Origin: an uncultured Spirochaetales bacterium | GTDB taxonomy: Bacteria > UBP6 > UBA1177 | Reading direction: 5' to 3' | DNA length: 64,000 nt | Assembly (NCBI GenBank): GCA_902774115.1 | Contig: CACYHH010000002.1 | Coordinates: 115,894-179,893, forward strand | In this document: one piece after another, positions 1 through 9,342 of the stretch | How the letters are laid out: each line of letters begins with the position of its first letter | Position numbering within the stretch: position 1 is the first letter of the stretch | Program-made: the position numbers and the translations under genes | Notes under the pieces: generated by a model | The model's database searches: none | Told to the model about the DNA's origin: nothing | The model's input: only the letters and a program-made list of their open reading frames with translations

Positions 1-1421
1 CTTTCGACTTTTATTGTTCCTTCGTAATATCTTTCAGGTTCGATGCACTGCTGCATGATTTTCACAAAACCCTGGGATTTGAACATATAGTGGCTGCAGT
101 AAAAATCGGGGATGTATTCTCCGGGATAGACGAAGTATCCTATCGATTCGTTCAGTTCTTCAGCCGGATAGTCAGGAAGCGGCGCATAAAGTGAGAAAAC
201 CTGGGTTTCGTCATCTTTGCTGATGAGCTCTTCCCAATCAGGAAAACTCTCTCCTTTTTCAGCGGTTTCGCTGTCCGTAAGAACATATTCTATCCAGTCA
301 TTCAGAATATACAGCGTGCTGGAACTACCTCCGCCGTTGTTGAAAAGCACGTGTATTTCGCCGGTTTCAGGGTAGTATGCAAGCATTGCTGCCGTGACGA
401 TGACGTCTCCGCCGTGGTAATAGAATTTACCGTGTGAACCTTTGCCGTACATTATGGCGAGTCCGTAAACAGGGGTTCCCGAGACTTTGACCATGTCGAG
501 CATTTGATCGAGGCTTTCTTTTGAAATGAGTTTTCCGTTGAAAAGCGCGTGAGCATATTTGAACATGTCTTCAACGTTTGAAATGATTCCTCCGGCAGTC
601 CAGAAACGTTCGTTGAGTTCGTACGGAACGATGTTCCCATATTCGTCGAACGTATGTCCGTGGGCTTTTTCTTCAATCGGATATTCTTCGAACTCTTTCA
701 TGAAAGTGTGCTTCATTTCAAGCGGATCTAGGATTTTTTCGCGGATAACTTCTACCGCGTCTTTTCCTGTAACTTTGTTGATGATAAGCCCTGCGATAAC
801 AAAGTTGGTGTTGCTGTAGGACCAGTTTGTTCCCGGCTCGAAGTTGAATTTTCCGTTGACCTTTTCGACCATACCTTCAAGATCGTCGAATTCATTCCAC
901 TCCAGAATGCCTGAAGTGTGGTTGAGCAGCATCCTGACAGTAATAATATCGCCTTTTTCAAAGTCGGGGAACCACTTGTCTATCGTCTGGTCGAGATCGA
1001 CTTTGCCTTCTTCCTGCAAGAGAAGCATTGTCACCGCGGTGAAATTTTTCGTTATACTTCCGATATCGAAAAGGTCTTCGGTCGAAAGCGGCTCCTGAGT
1101 AGTGTTGTGGCGCACGCCGTAAGCTATAGATGCCGGTTCGTCAGTGCCGTAACCTATGACAACACCTGTGCCGTGGGATAATCTGACATAGTCTTCGGCA
1201 AGATTTCTGATGCTTTCAGATTTTGCTTCGTCTTCCGGTGAATGTTCCTGAGCTGTTCCGTCTTCATCGGAATCTTCTTGTTCAGTGTCGTCAGTTTCAT
1301 CGGTATCCGTTCCGGTTTCATCGGTGTCAGGAATTTTTTCTTCGTTTTTCGATGAGCTGCCGCAGCTTGCACCGAAGAAAATCATCGAAAAAACGATTGC
1401 GGCGAATAGAATTTTTTTCAT
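1..1421 (-). CDS. Serine hydrolase (beta-lactamase/AmpC-like family) lipoprotein, truncated at window start
   Basis: Not in the ORF track because it runs off the edge. Manual translation from ATG 1421: MKKILFAAIVFSMIFFGASC lipobox, D/T/E-rich linker, FDIGSITK (SxxK), LLNHTSG, WSYSNTN (YxN), YYHGG. Confidence 0.85.
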   Translation of the reverse strand, partial: MKKILFAAIVFSMIFFGASCGSSSKNEEKIPDTDETGTDTDETDDTEQEDSDEDGTAQEHSPEDEAKSESIRNLAEDYVRLSHGTGVVIGYGTDEPASIAYGVRHNTTQEPLSTEDLFDIGSITKNFTAVTMLLLQEEGKVDLDQTIDKWFPDFEKGDIITVRMLLNHTSGILEWNEFDDLEGMVEKVNGKFNFEPGTNWSYSNTNFVIAGLIINKVTGKDAVEVIREKILDPLEMKHTFMKEFEEYPIEEKAHGHTFDEYGNIVPYELNERFWTAGGIISNVEDMFKYAHALFNGKLISKESLDQMLDMVKVSGTPVYGLAIMYGKGSHGKFYYHGGDVIVTAAMLAYYPETGEIHVLFNNGGGSSSTLYILNDWIEYVLTDSETAEKGESFPDWEELISKDDETQVFSLYAPLPDYPAEELNESIGYFVYPGEYIPDFYCSHYMFKSQGFVKIMQQCIEPERYYEGTIKVE

Positions 1422-1440
1422 AACGCAACCTGCTGATTTG

Positions 1441-3039
1441 TTAAAATATTTCCGACGGCATTAAAACCGTGTCTTTAGCCTCGTCAAGCAGTTTCGGATA
1501 ATCGATGTTGAAGTGCAGACCGCGGCTTTCCTTGCGCTTCATCGCGCTTTTTATAATGAGTTCAGCCGTGAGAGTTATGTTCCTGAGTTCAAGAAGGTCA
1601 CGAGAAACTTTGAAATTCCAGTAGTATTCGTTGATTTCGTGTTTCATCAGTTCAAGTCTTGCCAAAGCGCGTTCAAGACGTTTGTTGCTGCGGACGATGC
1701 CGACATAGTTCCACATTATGCGGCGGACTTCATCCCAGTTCTGCTTGATGATGATTTTTTCGTCTTCGTCTTCCGCGTCTCCCGGGTTCCATTCAGGCGG
1801 CTCCGGACATTCGCCGGTGTAATCCGCAACATAGGCGATGATTTCTTTTGCAACGTATTTCGCCATGACGGCAGCTTCAAGAAGCGAGTTGGAAGCAAGT
1901 CTGTTTGCGCCGTGAAGCCCTGTGTGGGCGACTTCGCCGCTTACGAAAAGACCGGGGATCAGAGTTTTTCCTGTCGGTTCGCTCTGCAGACCTCCGCATG
2001 AATAGTGCGCCGCAGGAACGACCGGTATCGGCATGGTTCTCATATCGATTCCGGCATCCATGCAGATTCTGAAAATGTTCGGGAACCTCTGCTGCAGGAA
2101 ATGTCCGTCGAGCTTGGTCATATCGAGGAAAACGCAGTCGTCGCCGCTCATCTTCATCTCGTGGTCGATAGCGCGGGCAACGATGTCGCGCGGAGCAAGC
2201 GATTTGAGCGGATGATACTTTTCCATGAAAGTTTCGCCCTTTTTGTTGATGAGAACGCCGCCTTCACCGCGAAGAGCTTCGGAAATAAGCATTGACTTGA
2301 TTTTTTCATGGTAAAGAATCGTCGGATGGAACTGGATCATCTCCATATTGACTACCGGAACGCCTGCACGGAAGCCGATCGCAACGCCGTCGCCGGTCGT
2401 AACATCCGGATTCGACGTGTAAAGGTAGACTCTTCCGCAGCCGCCTGTCGCCAGAAGAACCGTTTTTGCCGTGATCGTCAGGATTTCACCGTTTCTGCCG
2501 AGAACATAGGCGCCGATGATTTTGTTGCTTTCGCTGCACATGAATTTCGATTCGGTTATGACGTCTATTGCAGTGTGGTTTTCCAGAACGGTGATGTTCG
2601 AGTGGAGCAGGACAGCCTTTTTAACGACTTTTATCAGCTCAAAACCTGTGATGTCGCCTGCGTGGACGACTCTGCGCTCCGAATGTCCTCCTTCGCGTCC
2701 GAGATCGAGTTTGCCGTCTTCGTTTTCGGTGAAGTGGCATCCGAGTTTTTCAAAATATTTGATCGCATCGGGACCGTTTTCCACAAAAAAGCGGACAGCC
2801 TTTTCATTGTTGAGTCCTGCTCCCGCCGTTATGGTGTCTTTTATGTGCTTTTCGAACGAATCTACGTCGAAATCGGTTACGGTAGCGATTCCGCCCTGAG
2901 CGTTCGCGCTGTTCGAAACATCAATCGCCTCTTTCGTGACGACGACCGTTTTAAGTCCTTTTTCGGCAAGGCTCAGAGCGGTCGAAAGCCCTGAAAGTCC
3001 GCTTCCTATGATGAGTGCGTCTGCATAAATGCGTTTCAT
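1441..3039 (-). CDS. nadB: L-aspartate oxidase
   Basis: IIGSGLSG FAD motif, AQGGIA, REGGHS, QFHPT, SEALRGEG, HGANRLASNSL, ESRGLH. Confidence 0.95.
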   Translation of the reverse strand: MKRIYADALIIGSGLSGLSTALSLAEKGLKTVVVTKEAIDVSNSANAQGGIATVTDFDVDSFEKHIKDTITAGAGLNNEKAVRFFVENGPDAIKYFEKLGCHFTENEDGKLDLGREGGHSERRVVHAGDITGFELIKVVKKAVLLHSNITVLENHTAIDVITESKFMCSESNKIIGAYVLGRNGEILTITAKTVLLATGGCGRVYLYTSNPDVTTGDGVAIGFRAGVPVVNMEMIQFHPTILYHEKIKSMLISEALRGEGGVLINKKGETFMEKYHPLKSLAPRDIVARAIDHEMKMSGDDCVFLDMTKLDGHFLQQRFPNIFRICMDAGIDMRTMPIPVVPAAHYSCGGLQSEPTGKTLIPGLFVSGEVAHTGLHGANRLASNSLLEAAVMAKYVAKEIIAYVADYTGECPEPPEWNPGDAEDEDEKIIIKQNWDEVRRIMWNYVGIVRSNKRLERALARLELMKHEINEYYWNFKVSRDLLELRNITLTAELIIKSAMKRKESRGLHFNIDYPKLLDEAKDTVLMPSEIF

Positions 3040-3048
3040 ATCTCTGAC

Positions 3049-3477
3049 CTATTCATTTACATACCAAAATTCGCTTATGAGTTCATCCATAGCTTTTTCA
3101 ATGACTTTTTTGTCGGTATCTGACATATCCACGAATTTTACGCTGATTCCGATAACCTGATCCTCTTCTGTACAGCGAAGAACTTCCGCTCCGCATCGGA
3201 TGATATAATCGGTGCCCGGAACCTGAAACTCTATGTTGATGATTGTTCCGGCCTCGTATGGATTCGGAGAAAGGATATACATACCGTTTGTGCTCAAATT
3301 AGCTGTCTGCTGGAAATAGTCGGCATTTCCATCCATATTTCTCACCCACATTTTGACTGGAATACGCTCTTTAGTGCGTCTTTCCTTCTGCCTTCTGTCC
3401 TTCTTGCCTCTTGCATCGTTGGGAAGTTTGAATTGCAGATCGTCTCTGCGGTCTTTGTTTTGTCGTCTATCGTCCAT
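3049..3477 (-). CDS. PilZ-domain protein (c-di-GMP receptor candidate)
   Basis: RxxxR (ERRTKERIPV) and NxSxxG (NLSTNGM) motifs, N-terminal DRR repeats; start moved to ATG 3477 behind an AAGGAG RBS. Confidence 0.8.
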   Translation of the reverse strand: MDDRRQNKDRRDDLQFKLPNDARGKKDRRQKERRTKERIPVKMWVRNMDGNADYFQQTANLSTNGMYILSPNPYEAGTIINIEFQVPGTDYIIRCGAEVLRCTEEDQVIGISVKFVDMSDTDKKVIEKAMDELISEFWYVNE

Positions 3478-3582
3478 TTGTCTCTCCTTGAAAAAAATAC
3501 ACAAGCAAACAACGGAATATAATTCAATATAATTTAAAGTCCATTTAAACCTTAATATATGCGGATGATTTTTGTCCTGTAA

Positions 3583-5781
3583 TCAATCCAGTTCTGTCGG
3601 AACGAAATCGAAGTAATCTATCATGAAATAGTTGTGTTTGCTGACCAGCTCGCGCGGAACTATTCTGAAATCGTGCATTCCTTTGTCAAGGCGGGTATGG
3701 ATATAAACGGTGTTCATCTTTTTCTCGTCGAAATGGAAATCAAGTTCCGCCGCTTTTTTGCCGTCGATAAGAAGGTCGAAATTGCCCATTTCCTTTCCCT
3801 GCAGACCGTAGACCCTTATCTCGTAATCGCCGCCCTTGTTTATTTTCTGCTTGAAATCGTAATATTGTTCAGTATCCACGAATCTGCAAAACAGCAGAAA
3901 CTGGTATTTTACAAGGTATTGGTAAGGGGGTTCCATGTCCAGATATGCATCAAGATAGGACATTTCGGGAAATGTCTGGCAGAAATCGGGGTTTCCTTTC
4001 AGGGGAAAGGATTTGTTCTCAAGATCGACATGGATCTCTCCGGTGTCTTTCGGTACAAAAATCTCTTTAATTTCAGGTGGTTCAGTGTTGTTGATCATTT
4101 CCTTGAAGCGTGCCCAGTAATATTTTTTTCCGGGATATTCAAACATTATCCGCCGGTTCTGTTTTTCTCCCAAATCACGGACATATATGATTTTGTTGTT
4201 TTCAGGATGAGCATGGTCCATCAGCGCATAACCTGATCCGTACATCGTAAAAGGAGCCACAAAGACGACTCCTTCCTTTATGCCGGCATCATCCAGAGCT
4301 TTTTTAAGATCGGCGCTGACATTCCAGAAACCTTTGTCGTAGCTGTTTTTCAGAGCTGGAAGAGCAAAGAATGTCTGGTATGAAACAGCTGCGGAAAGTA
4401 AAGAAAATGTCAATATTCTGGCAACTTTATTTAATTTCAGCCTTTTGGACAGCCCGTCTGTTACCCGGCAGAAAGCATAGGCCAGAATCACAATGAGGAA
4501 GAACGAAGTTTCATACAGATAGCGCGGTCCGAAAGCATTTCCATGGTAATAAAAGAAGAAATATCCTGCTAAATTTACGAAAAAAATGGAGAACAGAAAG
4601 AAGAGCTTTTTGAAATCTTTCCGGTTACCGGCAAAAACAAAAGCAAGAGGCAAAAGGATAAGCAGCATCGGATGCATAAAAAGATTCATTATCAGTGATG
4701 AAAGTCTGTGATTCGAGACAAGAAAGGCATGTGAAAGAGTAAGTCCTTCCGGCGGCAGTTCTATGCCGTTGGAATACGAGCAGCCCGTTCCCAGACCGAA
4801 TCTGTGGCAGAATTTGCGCGGCTCGCTGTAGTTGAAAAAGACATCCTGCTTGAAAAGCAGCGGATCTCCTGTGTAGATCGAGTTGTAGTAAAGGAGAAAA
4901 ACGAGAAACGGCGCGAAAGAAAGGAGTGCGAAAGAACCTTTTTTTATCGCTTCGGCAAAAAACTTTGCATCGCGCTTTTCAAAAATAGTGCAAAAGTAGT
5001 GCAGGATCAGCGGAATTCCGACAAAAAGAGTATTCTGCGGGCGGGTCAAAGCAAGCCATCCTAATGAAATTCCCAATATCGTCGGATATTTTAACGATTT
5101 CTGATCAACCATGTGAATGTATGCCCGGACTGCTGCAAGAGTCATAGTCATGCAGAAGGGGTGGGCCATCCATGTTCCGCCCATAACAATGAAAAATGTC
5201 GAAAAAAGCATGAAAAACATTGAGATTACGGCAATTTTTCTGCCGAACAGGTCTTCTGCTATTTTACCGGTCAGAAAAACGTTCAGCGCAGTGAGAATCG
5301 GATTTGCAAGAACCGGGATTCCCAAAATAACGAAAGGGACCAGAAAAAACGAAAATCCCGGCAGAAAGAGCGAATAGAGCTTTTCGCCGTCAGGAATCAT
5401 GTAGGCATACTGAAAAAATTCGTAGTGCTCCGGCATTCTGCTGTGAAGCCTTCCCACTGCGAAATTCTCAGCCATGACGAGATAGTTTATGCTGTCCTGA
5501 ACATGCGGCATCCCTTGAAAAAACAGGAACGCCACAATAAGAGAAAGTACGAAAGCCGCAGCCGGAAGAATGAAAAACGGCGATCTGCCGAAATCAAGAT
5601 TTATGTTCTTAAAGTCGTATTTTACGGAAAGGACGTAGAAAAGCATCAGAAAAAAGAAGAGAAGAAGGTGGAATGTCGGGAATGAGAGAGTGAGCGGCAG
5701 AAACAAGTTCCCGAATGTTGCCCAACAGAAGAATATCAGAAAAACAGCCAGCGAAATCAGTGACTTGATGATTATATTCAT
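3583..5781 (-). CDS. Multi-pass membrane GT-C fold glycosyltransferase (ArnT/PMT/GT39-like) with soluble C-terminal domain
   Basis: Many TM segments, PHVQDSINY loop, TRPQN, FGPRYLYE motifs; paralog of the next gene. Confidence 0.65.
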   Translation of the reverse strand: MNIIIKSLISLAVFLIFFCWATFGNLFLPLTLSFPTFHLLLFFFLMLFYVLSVKYDFKNINLDFGRSPFFILPAAAFVLSLIVAFLFFQGMPHVQDSINYLVMAENFAVGRLHSRMPEHYEFFQYAYMIPDGEKLYSLFLPGFSFFLVPFVILGIPVLANPILTALNVFLTGKIAEDLFGRKIAVISMFFMLFSTFFIVMGGTWMAHPFCMTMTLAAVRAYIHMVDQKSLKYPTILGISLGWLALTRPQNTLFVGIPLILHYFCTIFEKRDAKFFAEAIKKGSFALLSFAPFLVFLLYYNSIYTGDPLLFKQDVFFNYSEPRKFCHRFGLGTGCSYSNGIELPPEGLTLSHAFLVSNHRLSSLIMNLFMHPMLLILLPLAFVFAGNRKDFKKLFFLFSIFFVNLAGYFFFYYHGNAFGPRYLYETSFFLIVILAYAFCRVTDGLSKRLKLNKVARILTFSLLSAAVSYQTFFALPALKNSYDKGFWNVSADLKKALDDAGIKEGVVFVAPFTMYGSGYALMDHAHPENNKIIYVRDLGEKQNRRIMFEYPGKKYYWARFKEMINNTEPPEIKEIFVPKDTGEIHVDLENKSFPLKGNPDFCQTFPEMSYLDAYLDMEPPYQYLVKYQFLLFCRFVDTEQYYDFKQKINKGGDYEIRVYGLQGKEMGNFDLLIDGKKAAELDFHFDEKKMNTVYIHTRLDKGMHDFRIVPRELVSKHNYFMIDYFDFVPTELD

Positions 5782-7961
5782 TACAGTGCCTCAGTTTTCA
5801 CGGAAGGAAAAAATTCAAATTTGTCAATTATGAAATAGTGCGGTTTAGCGTTCAAATCTGGAGAAAGTTTTATAAAATTCATCCCTTTTTTGAAGGAAAC
5901 ATCAAATTCTACGCTGTCAAGATGCCTGTTCTGTGAGTAGAAATCTATTTTTTTACTGAAATTTCCGCTTTCAAAGTAAAATTTTCCGCTTTCGGGAGTC
6001 GCTGCGAAAGTTATTCGGACTTTGTAATTTCCCTCTTTTTCAAAATTCTGCCCGAAAGTGTAGAACTGTGATTTTTCCGTAAAGCGGCAGAAAAAGAAAA
6101 CACGCTCGGAAACCACATCTTCAGGCAGCGTAAAACCTGCATATTTATTAACAAAATCTGGATATTGCGGGAACTTGTTGCAGTAGTCCGGAGCGCCGTT
6201 GACAGGATTGTTCTTGTATTCGGCTTCGGCAGTCACCCATGAAACCGAAGGATCGCGGTGTATTTCAAAAATTTCAGGTTTTTTATCCCCGCCGTTCCTG
6301 AACAAAGCGGTGTAGAACTTCCTTCCTTTGTAGTAATCCATAAGATTCTGGTTTGACATATAGTCCAGAGCGTGAGCGAAAATCAGCTTGTTTCCATCGA
6401 TCTTGTGCAGATTCATACGCACTGCGCCGTCGGCGTAAAAAGTGTCAGGGGAAATAAAAACGACACCTTCATCTATGTTTTTTTCCTTCAGCGCTTCGGA
6501 AAGAAGTTTGTCACCTATCCAGAAACTTTTTGAATAGTAAAAATTTTTCGCCGGTAACATCCAGAAAGTCTGAAAAATCAGTGCGGAAGCAATGAATGCC
6601 GGAACAAAAACGGCTTTCTTGAAAAAAGGTGTCACGAATATTTTTTCCGATTTTCTGACTGCAGCCGTGATTCCTTTCGCGATCAGCGGAAAAAGAAAAA
6701 ACGAACATTCGTAGTAGTATCTTGCACCATACCCGTAATCTATGTAGTAATAGAAAAAATAAACAACAAAAAATATGATGTAACCTGATAGAAGTATCGA
6801 GCTTTTCTTAAGCTCAAACTTGCTTTCCGCAAAAAGGAAGGCGAGTATGAGAAAAAGCAGCATAAAGGGTGTGAAAATAAAATCCGAGACAAAATAATAA
6901 AGTCTTTCGGCCGTAATCCTGAAGGCGAGGGGAACAGTCAGCCCGTTTTCAGGCATTTCGTAGGGAGTTCCGAATTTGCACCCTTTCCCGAGTCCGAGTC
7001 CCATGCAGTTGTCGACAGGTTCGGAAATATTCCAGTATTCTGCATACTTGAATTCTGTGATTTTTCCGCTTACCGCATAGTTCGAGTAAACAAAAAGCAG
7101 GAAAAAGACGAAAATCACGCCACCCATAACGGAAATGATTTTAAAAAAAGACTTTTTATCAATAAAAACAAAAAGATAAAGCATAATAAACATAAGTGCG
7201 AAAAGGGCGTTCTGCGGTCGGATGAACATCAGAAACGAGATAAAAAGAGCCGAAACCGCGGCGGAGACTATTCTTTTCGCTCCGCAGTTTTTGACAGCAA
7301 GCAGGGCAAGGTAAAAAGCTCCGATAGTGCAGACCGCGCAGAAGGAATGTGCCATCAGAGTTCCGCCCATAAGAGCGGTGTAAAGCGAGAGCGATGCAAG
7401 CGCCATAGTTATGAGAGCGGCGGTTTTACCGTAAAACTCCTCTGCAATTTTTCCGATCAAAAATACCGATACGGCATTTAGCAGCGGATTGCACAAAAAC
7501 GGCACTTTAAAAAAAACAAACGGTGCTAAAAAAATCGAAAAACCAATCTGGTAGATAGAATAAGTCCCTGAAATTGCAGGATTTGCATATAAAAAGTGAA
7601 AAAACTCGTAGTGCGGATGGAGCGGTGTCGTGATTTTGCCGTCAAGGATCGCCTCTGCCAGATATTTGTAGTTCATTTCGTCGGGTACATGCGGCAGACC
7701 TCGAAAAATAAAGATGGAGACCGCAAGCGAAAAAAGAAATGCCAAAGCGGGGAAAATATAGAATTGGTAAGGCTCGGTTTTATCTGCCGCAGCTCTGAGT
7801 TTTTCTGCCGGAACGAACGCGAAAACAGCGGATGAAACAAGAAAAAGCACAAACATCGAAGGAAGATGAAAAAGAAAAAGTGCGCTGAAATTACCGGCAA
7901 AAGCCCAGACGAAAAAAATCAGAAAAAGAACTGTTGCAATCAAAAATCTGACTTTTTTCAA
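5781..7961 (-). CDS. Multi-pass membrane GT-C fold glycosyltransferase, paralog
   Basis: PHVPDEMNY, IRPQN, YGARYYYE motifs; start re-assigned to in-frame TTG 7961 behind AGGTG, which removes the overlap with the upstream gene. Confidence 0.65.
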   Translation of the reverse strand: MKKVRFLIATVLFLIFFVWAFAGNFSALFLFHLPSMFVLFLVSSAVFAFVPAEKLRAAADKTEPYQFYIFPALAFLFSLAVSIFIFRGLPHVPDEMNYKYLAEAILDGKITTPLHPHYEFFHFLYANPAISGTYSIYQIGFSIFLAPFVFFKVPFLCNPLLNAVSVFLIGKIAEEFYGKTAALITMALASLSLYTALMGGTLMAHSFCAVCTIGAFYLALLAVKNCGAKRIVSAAVSALFISFLMFIRPQNALFALMFIMLYLFVFIDKKSFFKIISVMGGVIFVFFLLFVYSNYAVSGKITEFKYAEYWNISEPVDNCMGLGLGKGCKFGTPYEMPENGLTVPLAFRITAERLYYFVSDFIFTPFMLLFLILAFLFAESKFELKKSSILLSGYIIFFVVYFFYYYIDYGYGARYYYECSFFLFPLIAKGITAAVRKSEKIFVTPFFKKAVFVPAFIASALIFQTFWMLPAKNFYYSKSFWIGDKLLSEALKEKNIDEGVVFISPDTFYADGAVRMNLHKIDGNKLIFAHALDYMSNQNLMDYYKGRKFYTALFRNGGDKKPEIFEIHRDPSVSWVTAEAEYKNNPVNGAPDYCNKFPQYPDFVNKYAGFTLPEDVVSERVFFFCRFTEKSQFYTFGQNFEKEGNYKVRITFAATPESGKFYFESGNFSKKIDFYSQNRHLDSVEFDVSFKKGMNFIKLSPDLNAKPHYFIIDKFEFFPSVKTEAL

Positions 7962-7974
7962 ACTGCACCTGAAG

Positions 7975-9336
7975 TTAAAATTCGTCGTCTTTCGAAAGTC
8001 TGCGGTAGAGCGTCCGCTCGGAACAGCCGAGAAGTTTTGCGGCGGAATGTTTGTCTCCGTTTGTGAATTTGAGCGTTGCTTCAAGCACCTCTTTTTCGAT
8101 TTCTTCGAGGGTCTTGTCGCCGACCCGGAACGAAAGGATCTCTGCGCTGCCGTTATCGGATTTTGCCGAAGCCTGCTCGTTTTCGCCTGACGGAAGCCCG
8201 GAACCTGTCAGAACAAGGCGGCTTACGAAACTTTTGAGTTCTCTGACGTTGCCTTTCCAGTCCCGTTTGACAAGTTCCTTTATAGTCTCGTGATCGGGGT
8301 ATACTACCTCTTTCGCAAATTCCAGAGATGCTTTTTCTACAAAATGCTGAACGAGCGGAGGAATATCCTCTCTGCGCTCTCTCAAAGGCGGGATGTGAAG
8401 GATAAACGTGTTCAGTCTGTAGTAGAGATCTTTCCTGAAATTTCCTTTTTCAGCCTCTTTTTCAAGATTTTTGTTCGTCGCGGCGATAATTCTGACATTC
8501 GCATGTAACGGAGTCGAACTGCCGACCGGAAGATATTCCCTCGATTCGAGGAAACGGAGCAGTTTCGTCTGAAGACTCGGCGGCATATCGCCGATTTCGT
8601 CTATGAAAAGTGTTCCTCCTTCTGCCGCGCCCACTAAACCGGGCGAATTTTTGTCGGCACCCGTGAAAGCTCCTTTTTTGTAGCCGAAAAGCTCCGATTC
8701 CATCAGGGATTCTGTTACCGCAGCGGCATTGAAAGGAAGAAACGGTGCTCCGGCGCGTCTGCTTTCTCGCAGAACGAAGCGTGCAACGAGCTCTTTTCCG
8801 GTTCCGCTTTCGCCGGTTATGAGAACGGTTTCATCGGTTTTTGCTATTTCCGCTGCGTTTTTGAGAAGTTTTTCCATCGTCTCGCTCTGGAAGATTATGC
8901 GGTATTTATCCGCCGAAATATCGAGGTTTTCCTTTTTCAGACGAACGTTTTCTTTCATAAGATTTCCGACTTCGATCGCTTTGTTCATCTGTTCCAGAAG
9001 AACTTTTATATCGACCGGTTTCGTAAGAAAGGTGAATGCGCCGTTCTGCATAGCCCGAACGGCATTTTCGACATTGCCGTAAGCTGTTATCATGATGATA
9101 GGGATCTGCGTTCCCAAATCCTTTACCGCCTCGATTATGTCAAAACCGTCAAAGCCGCCGGGAAGAAAAAGGTCGGTAACGATGACTGAAAGTTCATGCT
9201 CGAGTTCCTTAATGATTTTAAGACCTTCTGTGGCTGAAGCCGCAGTCATTACCGTGTAGCCCGAGTTGCCGAGCAGGAATTTGAGCGAAGTGAGTATCGA
9301 TTCTTCGTCGTCTATGACAAGAACAATTCTATTCAT
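7975..9336 (-). CDS. Sigma54-dependent response regulator (NtrC/PilR family)
   Basis: Receiver (VIDDE, TDLFLP), Walker A GESGTGKE, GAFTGA, GNVREL, C-terminal Fis-type HTH. Confidence 0.93.
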   Translation of the reverse strand: MNRIVLVIDDEESILTSLKFLLGNSGYTVMTAASATEGLKIIKELEHELSVIVTDLFLPGGFDGFDIIEAVKDLGTQIPIIMITAYGNVENAVRAMQNGAFTFLTKPVDIKVLLEQMNKAIEVGNLMKENVRLKKENLDISADKYRIIFQSETMEKLLKNAAEIAKTDETVLITGESGTGKELVARFVLRESRRAGAPFLPFNAAAVTESLMESELFGYKKGAFTGADKNSPGLVGAAEGGTLFIDEIGDMPPSLQTKLLRFLESREYLPVGSSTPLHANVRIIAATNKNLEKEAEKGNFRKDLYYRLNTFILHIPPLRERREDIPPLVQHFVEKASLEFAKEVVYPDHETIKELVKRDWKGNVRELKSFVSRLVLTGSGLPSGENEQASAKSDNGSAEILSFRVGDKTLEEIEKEVLEATLKFTNGDKHSAAKLLGCSERTLYRRLSKDDEF

Positions 9337-9342
9337 CCGGAT

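Noticed and set aside
1-1421. Antibiotic-resistance beta-lactamase
   Set aside because: SxxK and YxN motifs are shared with peptidases and esterases; the HGG third motif and lipoprotein architecture do not support a resistance call
7962-8084. Apparent 110-nt overlap of the GT-C gene with the response regulator
   Set aside because: An in-frame TTG at 7961 with an RBS removes the overlap
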